A DNA stretch of 39,931 nt from an uncultured bacterium (GCA_903837075.1 CAILTI010000010.1:1-39931); one strand, 5' to 3'. Positions 8,128 through 15,304 are shown, counted from the stretch's first letter. Translations and numbers: made by a program. The notes: generated by a model from the sequence alone, not told the origin.

Positions 8128-9176
8128 TATTTTCCTTTCGTTTTTGCTGTTTGTGCCAGGAGCGTAGAAAGTATATTGGGGTCTACGTTCTTGCCGAGTC
8201 CGGTAACCATTATCGGATTCAGACCCTGGATCCTGCCTGCGATCGCCGCCGTCAGCATTAGCAAGACGTCTGGCGCCAAATCTTTGGCAGTTTCAACGTC
8301 AAGGCCACCTCGGAGTGCTGCCATTACTTTTGCCATATTGTCTGCGACTGCTACAGCTTGAACCGCTTCCTGATATGATTTTGTGCGCTGGATGTCGATG
8401 AGCTTTAGTTCCTTCGTGGAGACACCTATCTTCAGCTCTCGGTCATCTACGGTGTGATCGCCACCGAACAAGGTTTCGAAACGCTTTATGAGTATCATTT
8501 TTCCCTTGTCTTCTTCCTTTGCGTCCGGGCCATCTATTGTCTTGAAAACATCCTCTTCCTTCATACCTTTTATGGTTTGAATGAAGAATTGATCGACCTC
8601 GGCTTTGAGGTTTGATGTTATTGCATCTTCACTCTGACGTATCAGAGTGACGAGTTTTCCCGGTAACGGTGTAGCTGTCAATTGCCAATGTATAAGTAGC
8701 TCGATGTCCTCACCTTTTTGGGTATATACCATGAGTGGTTCTTTGCCAGTACCCACGATGATCTCGCTCTTCATATTGATGGGAGCGCCAACTTTGTACT
8801 CTGTTGGCCATTTTCCTCGCCAACCAGAGCCGATCTCTCTCATTGAGGCTATTTCGCCCACACTGAGACGTGAGTCCAGATCCTTCGTCATCTTGTCTCT
8901 CACTATTTGATTGGCTAGAACACGCCGGTGATTTGGTTGGGTGTATATGAACCACCAACCGAACATTGGGCTCTTGAATAGTATGAGCGCCCATCCGATG
9001 ATGCTGACACTGAGACATGTCAGCGTAGCCCAGAACCAACTTGCTCCGGAAAACACAACGATGGGCAAGCCGACGAACGTGCAGAGGATGCCGAACAAGA
9101 TGCCAGCACCTAGTACCTGGACTAGCACCGACAACCAGAAAAGTTCCTTCTCTGGTTGTATTTCATTTTCTTTCAT
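8127..9176 (-). CDS. Polytopic membrane protein with a tentative SPFH/band-7-like domain (gene B)
   Basis: 349 aa with N-terminal TM helices. The following region fits the general SPFH pattern (MVYTQKGEDIELLIHWQL; LKIGVSTKELKLIDIQRTKSYQEAVQAVAVADNMA) and ends in an Ala-rich tail. The assignment was made by eye only. Confidence 0.55.
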   Translation of the reverse strand: MKENEIQPEKELFWLSVLVQVLGAGILFGILCTFVGLPIVVFSGASWFWATLTCLSVSIIGWALILFKSPMFGWWFIYTQPNHRRVLANQIVRDKMTKDLDSRLSVGEIASMREIGSGWRGKWPTEYKVGAPINMKSEIIVGTGKEPLMVYTQKGEDIELLIHWQLTATPLPGKLVTLIRQSEDAITSNLKAEVDQFFIQTIKGMKEEDVFKTIDGPDAKEEDKGKMILIKRFETLFGGDHTVDDRELKIGVSTKELKLIDIQRTKSYQEAVQAVAVADNMAKVMAALRGGLDVETAKDLAPDVLLMLTAAIAGRIQGLNPIMVTGLGKNVDPNILSTLLAQTAKTKGK

Positions 9177-9279
9177 TTTTCTTCCTTTTCTTTCGGACCA
9201 CCCAAACAGGGAAGTCCATTTTTTTGTTTTTTATTTGATTGTCGATGAGCCTTCCTTGTGGTTCATCTACCTGTTATCT

Positions 9280-9308
9280 ATTATAGCATTTATAGACATC
9301 GATGTCAA
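9280..9308 (-). promoter_or_regulatory. Sigma-70-type promoter of genes B-A
   Basis: On the minus strand: TTGACA (9308-9303), 17-nt spacer, TATAAT (9285-9280). Confidence 0.65.
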
Positions 9309-9396
9309 GTTATTTTATGGCCCAGAATATAGCCCAAATTGGCATGATATCGATATAGTGGAGATCGGCCGCCGTTAAGTGGGGCTAATTTCATAT

Positions 9397-9418
9397 AAAA
9401 AAAGCACCCCATGGCGCT
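9397..9418 (-). terminator. Terminator of gene C (part of the 133-nt repeated 3' module)
   Basis: Minus-strand RNA reads AGCGCC-AUGG-GGUGCU followed by U7. Confidence 0.55.
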
Positions 9419-9471
9419 TTCTTCGTGAGTCCTTTGAGTGGAAACACTTGAAAGCACCACGTGGGTGTTTG

Positions 9472-10029
9472 CTAGCGGCGCTTGTCGCCATGCTGTCCAC
9501 CACCTTGTGGTGGTGAATTGTGCTGTGGGGGTCCCGATCGAGACCCGTTGTTGTTACCGCCGCTTTGGCGGTAACTGGAGTTGTGATGGTAAGTTGGTGA
9601 GCGCCCATTGTGTCCACCCCAATACCACGAGGGGTAACCGTAAGTGTAACCACCGTAGTATCCGCTGTATCCGTAACCTACACCATAAGCATAGGTTGGC
9701 GGAACATACGAGTACGTGATGTTGTGCTGGACCGGTTTGGCCGGTTCATCGAATGGTGCCGGTGAATAACTGATCGGCTTCGAACCAGCCCAGTCAGCTG
9801 TCGGTCCCGCCTGATGGACGGGAGCTGCTTCGGCTTGTGGAGCGGGAGCAGGGGCGGGTGCATCCAGCTGTTGAACCGTATCGCCATTATTGCTCCTGAC
9901 TGCGATTATTGTAACAGTGCAGGTTGAAACTCCAGTTTGCTCTGCGGTTAGACATGTACTAATCCCACCCACAAATAGAACTGTCATCAGTATTACTATG
10001 CTGTAGAATTTGCGACCGATTTTATTCAT
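9472..10029 (-). CDS. Secreted or lipid-anchored low-complexity Tyr/Gly-rich protein (gene C)
   Basis: The start is placed at ATG 10029 (MNKIGRKFYS...) because the GTG extension to 10053 would run through the conserved leader hairpin. It has a signal peptide ending ..GGISTC, the linker APAPAPQAEAAPVHQ, and then YAYGVGYGYSGYYGGYTYGYPSWYWGG. Confidence 0.6.
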   Translation of the reverse strand: MNKIGRKFYSIVILMTVLFVGGISTCLTAEQTGVSTCTVTIIAVRSNNGDTVQQLDAPAPAPAPQAEAAPVHQAGPTADWAGSKPISYSPAPFDEPAKPVQHNITYSYVPPTYAYGVGYGYSGYYGGYTYGYPSWYWGGHNGRSPTYHHNSSYRQSGGNNNGSRSGPPQHNSPPQGGGQHGDKRR

Positions 10030-10110
10030 TCCTATCCTTTCTTTGTGAGCCACCCAAAATAGGGAAGCTCGGTTGTTATTTTGTTGTCGGTGATCATTTA
10101 CCTGTGTGAA

Positions 10111-10139
10111 ATCATAGCACTTAAGGCAAGCTATGTCAA
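10111..10139 (-). promoter_or_regulatory. Sigma-70-type promoter of gene C
   Basis: On the minus strand: TTGACA (10139-10134), 17-nt spacer, TATGAT (10116-10111). Confidence 0.65.
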
Positions 10140-10308
10140 TATATGTGGGGGGTAGTGAGTTTGCATTCTAAATGTACATATAAAAAAAGCACCCCATGGC
10201 GCTTTCTTCGTGAATCCCTATAAAGAGAATCACTTGAAAGCACCACGTGGGTGTTTGTTAGCGGCGATTGCCGCCATGCTGTCCACCACCTTGTGGTGGC
10301 GAATTGTG

Positions 10309-11643
10309 CTATTGAGGTCCAGTGTGTCCGGAGCCTGCGGGGACTACATATGAACTGTTTACGTCTTGAGCGTATATAGTACCCAGGAGTTGTACAAAAT
10401 TCCCCTGAACAGTAGTGACGGATGAGAATCCGCCGGATGATGCAGAACTTTCTGGCATCTGATTCTTCGCCGGCGCCATAGTACTGGTCGGCGCGTTGCC
10501 AACCTGGTTAGCGACCGATTCCGTTTGATGGACGGGAGCTGCTTCGGCTTGTGGAGCGGGAGTAGGTGCGGGTGCATTCGTCGGCGCTTGTTGCGCTGGC
10601 GGAAGCGCTGGAGCACCTTGATGCGGCGGGCCCCGCAAGATCTGCGTCGGCGGAAGGTGAACGATCACCGGTTGCACCACTATGGTGTTCCCGACAGCAT
10701 TCCCTTTATTATTGTTGTTGCCTGTTCCAAAGTTTATTTGGACGTTACTCAGGTTGTTGAAGCAATTGCTGAGACCACTCAACCGATTGTCAACAATCAC
10801 CGTTTGCGCCTGAGTTGAGGACGACACGACGACGGCGTCGTTGTTAGTCGAGCCATCAGGATCGATCGTCGTCACTTTGCCAGTGATGACATTTTGAATG
10901 ATAACTCTCCTTGCCTTGGGGGCGGGAGCTGGTACCGGCGCTGGCGCTGGTGCTGGGATTGGTGCTGCTTGTGTGGGTGCACTGACATTTGGGGCGGCGC
11001 TCGCTGGGAGAGCGCCCGAAACGTTGTTAGTGAGTCCTGCAGCGGCCGCTCCACGAGGAGTTCCGCTGCATGTGCGGACTAGGACGATCGTCCCGAGTAC
11101 CGCGATGATGATCGCGGCTCGGAGCCATGGCCCCCATCTATTTTTACTTGTCGGTGCCGTAGGCCGAGAGAGAAGTGTCTCTACACCGGCACTGATCGCA
11201 GCAACCTCTGCAGTGGTCACTGCTGGACGGGCGAGAATGGTTTTGACATTCTCACAGATCGCCGTGACGTCGACAGGATTTACTGCCGGCCGATCAACGA
11301 GCGTCGTGATCTTGGTGCTGATCTCGTTCAGCGAGATCGTGTTCTGCCCAGTTCCGTTCGCAATGGATTGGAAGCTTCCCGCAGCTCCTAGGAGGGCGTC
11401 TTTTATGTCCGTATGAAGCGTGAACAATTTCTCCAACGATGTATTCATCGCATCAATATTGCCGACCACTTTGTTCATGTCGGGCTCACTTTTCGTTGCC
11501 TTGTCCGCCACTGAACCTGTGTTAGACGTCGCTTTGTCAGCTGGCGATACTGCGTCTGCTGCAGGCTCAATTTTCGTCTCCTTAGCAGCCTCTTCAGTTT
11601 GCAGCGTCGGCGGGGTCACGGGCACTTTGCTATCTTCTTCCAT
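10309..11643 (-). CDS. Bitopic membrane protein (gene D): acidic, repeat-containing N-terminal part, central TM helix, Pro/Ala-rich and beta-rich exterior part
   Basis: 444 aa. The TM helix is WLRAAIIIAVLGTIVLV. Internal repeats are RPAVNPVDVTAICENVKTIL / RPAVTTAEVAAISAGVETLL. It carries the linker PAPQAEAAPVHQ shared with gene C. The ORF ends at a TAG that interrupts the tail conserved in gene C. Confidence 0.6.
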   Translation of the reverse strand: MEEDSKVPVTPPTLQTEEAAKETKIEPAADAVSPADKATSNTGSVADKATKSEPDMNKVVGNIDAMNTSLEKLFTLHTDIKDALLGAAGSFQSIANGTGQNTISLNEISTKITTLVDRPAVNPVDVTAICENVKTILARPAVTTAEVAAISAGVETLLSRPTAPTSKNRWGPWLRAAIIIAVLGTIVLVRTCSGTPRGAAAAGLTNNVSGALPASAAPNVSAPTQAAPIPAPAPAPVPAPAPKARRVIIQNVITGKVTTIDPDGSTNNDAVVVSSSTQAQTVIVDNRLSGLSNCFNNLSNVQINFGTGNNNNKGNAVGNTIVVQPVIVHLPPTQILRGPPHQGAPALPPAQQAPTNAPAPTPAPQAEAAPVHQTESVANQVGNAPTSTMAPAKNQMPESSASSGGFSSVTTVQGNFVQLLGTIYAQDVNSSYVVPAGSGHTGPQ

Positions 11644-11748
11644 ATTTTTTTTCTTTCTTTTTGGTATTGGTTTATATAGCCAATACCGGGTTTTTTATTG
11701 AATTGTCGATGAGCCACGTTCTGTTGCGATCCATCGTTACTGGGGTGA

Positions 11749-11777
11749 ATAATAGCATTATAGAGCAAATCTGTCAA
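11749..11777 (-). promoter_or_regulatory. Sigma-70-type promoter of gene D
   Basis: On the minus strand: TTGACA (11777-11772), 17-nt spacer, TATTAT (11754-11749). Confidence 0.65.
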
Positions 11778-11803
11778 TAGCGGATAAATTCGCGATATGT
11801 CTA

Positions 11804-11832
11804 TTGACAATGATAGAGAAAGATGCCATAAT
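11804..11832 (+). promoter_or_regulatory. Divergent sigma-70-type promoter of the 467-aa orphan gene
   Basis: TTGACA (11804-11809), 17-nt spacer, CATAAT (11827-11832). It sits back to back with the gene D promoter, 26 bp away. Confidence 0.55.
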
Positions 11833-11931
11833 AGCCAAAGCTAAAGTTCATTGTAAATTCGTGATTGAACTGAGTGCTAAGTCAAACAACCCTGAGGCTT
11901 TTTGGCCTCAATACAGAAAGGGATAGAATAA

Positions 11932-13335
11932 ATGAGTGAGAAAAAGGCAGGCAAGTATAGTGTTAGTCAAATCGTACTGTCGGCCGGTTTCGGACTGGAG
12001 TGTGTGGCAGCACGTCTGCTACTCATGTGGTATGGATCAAAGAAGTTCATTGGCATCAGTGATGCCAAGGCAACATTCACTGAAGGTGAGGTGTGCGGTT
12101 CTGATCAAGAGTTGGAGGAAAAGGGTATCCTGCCCATCGGTTGCGGCCTGGGTCGTTATGGGCGCGAAGTCGAGCATCCGGCGTTACAAGTTGCCAACGA
12201 CCTTAATGTTGCGACGAGGACGTCGATCGTGCCACTTCTAGAGGTTTTTTCCTCGAAGAAGGGAAATGGTAGCCAGTTGCGGTTGGAGGTATTGATCAGC
12301 CCTGTTCGTCGTGGGTCGAAAAGCACAGGCCATAATGAAACGTTGTGGACAATGACGCTGTTGTTGAACGCCGTCATCTATCAACGTGAATTTTGTCAGG
12401 CCGCTATCCAGAAGGAAATCACACTTCAGGATATTTTCGACAGGATGAACTTTCCTGATCTAAGAATAAAGGCATTCATCTCCGCACAGGTGCAAAAAAG
12501 CATGGAGGCAGATCCTGATAAGGATGTGACCGAGCTTAGTTATGTGATAAGGGCACTGTTCCGATATCCGGACTCTAAAAATGTCGTGAGGTCGCCGTAC
12601 TCGGATGAAATGATCGTGAAGGCGGCGTACACGGAAGAGATGATCGTTAAGTGGGTATCAAATTTACTCAACGCCTTCTACGAGCAGCAGTGCGATTTCT
12701 GGAAGGCGGTCGACGAGGTTCGATCGATCAAGCCGATACGGGTACCGGCGCATATAGGGAATAACACTTCTCCTCTCATGTTGCTGGTCTGTACTAGCGA
12801 CAATGATCAGGTCAAAAGTGCAGCCATGTACAAACATGGCTACGAAGCAGATATCGTGCTTCAAAAGGAAAAAACATCTGGTCGGTATCATGTCTACTTT
12901 GATTCCAAAATTGCGGGTCTTTCCGGGAAAAACCTCGGCAAGATGATCGAGTGGTGGGAATCATCGGACGCTGTAAGATCAAAATTACGGTGGCTCGAAA
13001 TCGGTAAATTCGAAGACAAGGTATCAGGTGTTGGTTGGTGGTACTTTGACAAAAAAGGAAATCTCCACAACGGTTCCCGAAACTACCCCAAAAAGGTGTC
13101 ATCGTTGACGACCGACAACCTGGTCGCATTCATGAAGCACGCATTTGACCTCGGGCAACTGAAGGCGTGGTGTAAAGAATATGACATAACAATGTCAGAT
13201 GACGCTCATTCTGGCGCGAAGCCTACCAGCACACCCAAAGCCCCGATCATGACCGAAGAAACTAAAGTTAAGGCGGGTAATGGTATGGTGGATGCGCTGA
13301 TGTCCATCGATAGCAATCTGTTTGCTATCAAGTAG
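11932..13335 (+). CDS. Hypothetical cytoplasmic protein with no recognisable motif
   Basis: A 467-aa uninterrupted ORF with its own promoter and a strong terminator. It contains a short internal duplication (SDEMIVKAAYTEEMIVKW). Confidence 0.6.
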   Translation: MSEKKAGKYSVSQIVLSAGFGLECVAARLLLMWYGSKKFIGISDAKATFTEGEVCGSDQELEEKGILPIGCGLGRYGREVEHPALQVANDLNVATRTSIVPLLEVFSSKKGNGSQLRLEVLISPVRRGSKSTGHNETLWTMTLLLNAVIYQREFCQAAIQKEITLQDIFDRMNFPDLRIKAFISAQVQKSMEADPDKDVTELSYVIRALFRYPDSKNVVRSPYSDEMIVKAAYTEEMIVKWVSNLLNAFYEQQCDFWKAVDEVRSIKPIRVPAHIGNNTSPLMLLVCTSDNDQVKSAAMYKHGYEADIVLQKEKTSGRYHVYFDSKIAGLSGKNLGKMIEWWESSDAVRSKLRWLEIGKFEDKVSGVGWWYFDKKGNLHNGSRNYPKKVSSLTTDNLVAFMKHAFDLGQLKAWCKEYDITMSDDAHSGAKPTSTPKAPIMTEETKVKAGNGMVDALMSIDSNLFAIK

Positions 13336-13350
13336 CACATTCAATCACGA

Positions 13351-13387
13351 AAAGGGCCGCCAATAAAATGGTGGCCCTTTTCTTTTT
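13351..13387 (+). terminator. Rho-independent terminator of the 467-aa gene
   Basis: AAAGGGCCGCCA / loop ATAAAA / TGGTGGCCCTTT, followed by TTCTTTTT. Confidence 0.75.
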
Positions 13388-13417
13388 GCCTAAATATTAT
13401 GGGGTACAGATCATCAG

Positions 13418-13437
13418 TGCCGGGGAGAGGACTCGAA
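13418..13437 (-). repeat. Exact 20-nt duplicate of the tRNA-Leu(UAG) 3' end (att-like remnant)
   Basis: TGCCGGGGAGAGGACTCGAA at 13418-13437 is identical to 13578-13597 inside the tRNA. An imperfect inverted copy lies at 13517-13533. Confidence 0.7.
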
Positions 13438-13577
13438 GCCTACGGCTTCAGTACAGTCTTCGTATTTTTTCCCCTTCTCCGCTAAAGCTACGAAGTGTCA
13501 AAAATATACTCAGACTCTTCGAGTCCTCCCCGCAAGCCTGTCGGCTTGCTCCAGCACAAACTCGCTTCGCTCGTTTG

Positions 13578-13659
13578 TGCCGGGGAGAGGACTCGAACCT
13601 CCATGGATTGCTCCGCGTGGTCCTAAGCCACGTGCGTCTACCAATTTCGCCACCCCGGC
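13578..13659 (-). tRNA. tRNA-Leu, anticodon UAG
   Basis: The 82-nt reverse complement GCCGGGGTGGCGAAATTGGTAGACGCACGTGGCTTAGGACCACGCGGAGCAATCCATGGAGGTTCGAGTCCTCTCCCCGGCA folds as a cloverleaf with a long variable arm. The anticodon loop is CTTAGGA. No CCA is encoded. Confidence 0.9.
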
Positions 13660-13820
13660 GGGTTTCGTGATATCTACTTTATATTATTATTGTCATATTG
13701 TCTAACTTACCAAAACCTGTTAGAGTAATTTGCGAGGTGTCCACGTCTTTGTTTCGTTCGATATAGGCACTGCGCTCGGACGTAGAGTCCAAGCAAGCTT
13801 GTCCTCTAGCATCCTCACTC

Positions 13821-13893
13821 GCGCCCATAGCTCAGCTGGTAGAGCAGATCCCTCTTAAGGATAAGGTCGTAGGTTCGATCCCTACTGGGCGCA
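13821..13893 (+). tRNA. tRNA-Lys, anticodon CUU
   Basis: 73 nt: acceptor GCGCCCA/TGGGCGC, D arm GCTC..GAGC, anticodon loop CTCTTAA, T arm GTAGG-TTCGATC-CCTAC. Confidence 0.9.
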
Positions 13894-13965
13894 CAAAAAT
13901 TGCAAGGAGACTCTAGAGACGTATTCTAGTTGCAGAATTCAGCTATTTATGTAATACTATTGCCC

Positions 13966-14187
13966 ATGGTAAATCGAATGCGATCAACGCGGGCACACCG
14001 CAACAATAGGCGTTCACATCATGCACTCGACGCAGTGCGTCTAGCGAAGTGTGGCACATGCCAAGCTCTTCATCAGAGCCATATGATCTGTATGAATTGC
14101 GGCTCTTACAATGGTCGCAAGGTTATCGATCTAGCAGCAAAGGTTGCCAAGAAGGCCGCCAAGGCGAAAGCAGCTGCCAAGAAATAG
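13966..14187 (+). CDS. rpmF: 50S ribosomal protein L32
   Basis: The start is placed at ATG 13966 (MVNRMRSTRAHRNNRRSHHAL...). It has a CxxC...CxxC zinc ribbon (CGTC...CMNC) and a Lys/Ala tail. Confidence 0.85.
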   Translation: MVNRMRSTRAHRNNRRSHHALDAVRLAKCGTCQALHQSHMICMNCGSYNGRKVIDLAAKVAKKAAKAKAAAKK

Positions 14188-14379
14188 TCCTAGGTGCGAA
14201 ATTCGGTGCGACATTTGAAATCCTAAATACTAAACAAATCCGAAATCCGAAATCCGAAATCAGAAATTTGAATATTGAAATTTAGAATTTGTTTAGAGTT
14301 TGGGAATGAGGGTTCAGGTTTTATCGGTCAATTTGAAAATAAATTTGATAATAACGTACCAAAATGTTCTTTAACTAAC

Positions 14380-15291
14380 ATGGCAAACCGTCACTTATCC
14401 CGCTCCATCGTCCTCCAATCCCTATTCGAATGGGATAGTCGTGGTCAGCACGACGAAACTGCCGCCGCCATCATCGATCGCAATGCCAAGGAGTTTGCTC
14501 CAGGTATGGGTGATAACACTTTCATAATAGATCTTATGAAGGGTATTTTGGCAAAGAAAGAAGACCTGAAGGAGATCATCGAGAAGGCTGCGCCTGATTG
14601 GCCTATAGATAAGATCTCTCCAGTCGACCGCAATGTCCTACGTCTCGGACTTTATGAATTGTTATTCTCAGATAGGGGAGAAGTTCCAGCCAAGGTTGCT
14701 ATAAATGAAGCGATCGAGCTCGCCAAAACTTATGGCGGCGAAACTTCGGGAAGATTCGTCAATGGCGTGCTAGGAGCTGTCTACAAGGAACTCGGTGAAC
14801 CGGGTAAAGATGCCAGTCCTGTAAAAAAGAGGAAGCCAGCAGAAGTTCCATATGAAGAGATGCCCGTGCAACATCTAGGAGGTGCTGTCGTATATGCTCG
14901 TGATGGAGAAGATATCTACATGGCTTTCGTTCATGATGTTTTCGGGCATTGGACATTGTCGAAGGGCAAGATTCCAGAGGGGATCGAACCAGCACAGGGA
15001 ACGATCAATAAAGTGAAGGAAGAGATAGGTCTCGATGTAAAGATCAAAGCTGATCTCGGTACCAATGAATACATCGCCAATGATCCGGAAATAGGTAAGA
15101 TCAGGAAACAAGTTCATTACTATTTGACCGAGTCTGATTTTACTGAACTCACCTTGGCAAAGAAGCCTGGCCTCGATGATGCCAAATGGTTCAAGCTCGC
15201 TGACATTCTCGAACTGAATTTTTATAATGATATTTTGCCGATAGTGACGAAGGCGGTCACACTGTTGAGTGAGCAGAAGATCGGTGCTTAG
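14380..15291 (+). CDS. nusB: NusB antitermination factor fused to a C-terminal Nudix-like domain
   Basis: The start is placed at ATG 14380 (MANRHLSRSIVLQSLFEWD). NusB motifs are PVDRNVLRLGLYELLF, AINEAIELAK and RFVNGVLG. The C-terminal ~150 aa carries a degenerate Nudix box, GKIPEGIEPAQGTINKVKEEIGL. Confidence 0.75.
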   Translation: MANRHLSRSIVLQSLFEWDSRGQHDETAAAIIDRNAKEFAPGMGDNTFIIDLMKGILAKKEDLKEIIEKAAPDWPIDKISPVDRNVLRLGLYELLFSDRGEVPAKVAINEAIELAKTYGGETSGRFVNGVLGAVYKELGEPGKDASPVKKRKPAEVPYEEMPVQHLGGAVVYARDGEDIYMAFVHDVFGHWTLSKGKIPEGIEPAQGTINKVKEEIGLDVKIKADLGTNEYIANDPEIGKIRKQVHYYLTESDFTELTLAKKPGLDDAKWFKLADILELNFYNDILPIVTKAVTLLSEQKIGA

Positions 15292-15304
15292 GATTTAAAT
15301 AACC

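Noticed and set aside
10258-10311. An alternative genetic code (TAG or TGA reassignment) as the explanation for the in-frame TAG in gene D.
   Set aside because: TAA, TAG and TGA all terminate conserved genes at the expected lengths. TAG ends tuf, rnc, nusB and rpmF; TGA ends smc and the solute-binding protein; TAA ends gyrA and rplC. The standard bacterial code fits. A local nonsense mutation or readthrough is the more economical explanation.
13368-13670. A 100-aa plus-strand ORF, and the possibility of a second tRNA or a tmRNA-like gene at 13418-13540.
   Set aside because: The ORF overlaps tRNA-Leu on the opposite strand. The 13418-13540 segment has a T-arm/acceptor-like 3' half, but no matching 5' acceptor strand or anticodon arm could be folded. 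It is also far too short for a tmRNA. I treat it as a partial tRNA duplication.
7500-13700. A search for an integrase, transposase or conjugation ATPase that would make the surface block a bona fide mobile island.
   Set aside because: No ORF in the window shows tyrosine- or serine-recombinase, DDE transposase or VirB4/VirD4 motifs. The island interpretation therefore rests only on composition, strand switch and the tRNA-end duplication.
14275-14379. N-terminal extensions in the ORF track for nusB (14275), rplD (31265), rplV (35343), rpmF (13930), the tRNA-Tyr-overlapping ORF (24523) and gene C (10053).
   Set aside because: The extensions translate the repeat-word spacers, a tRNA or the conserved leader hairpin. 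In each case the conserved protein N terminus begins at an internal ATG.
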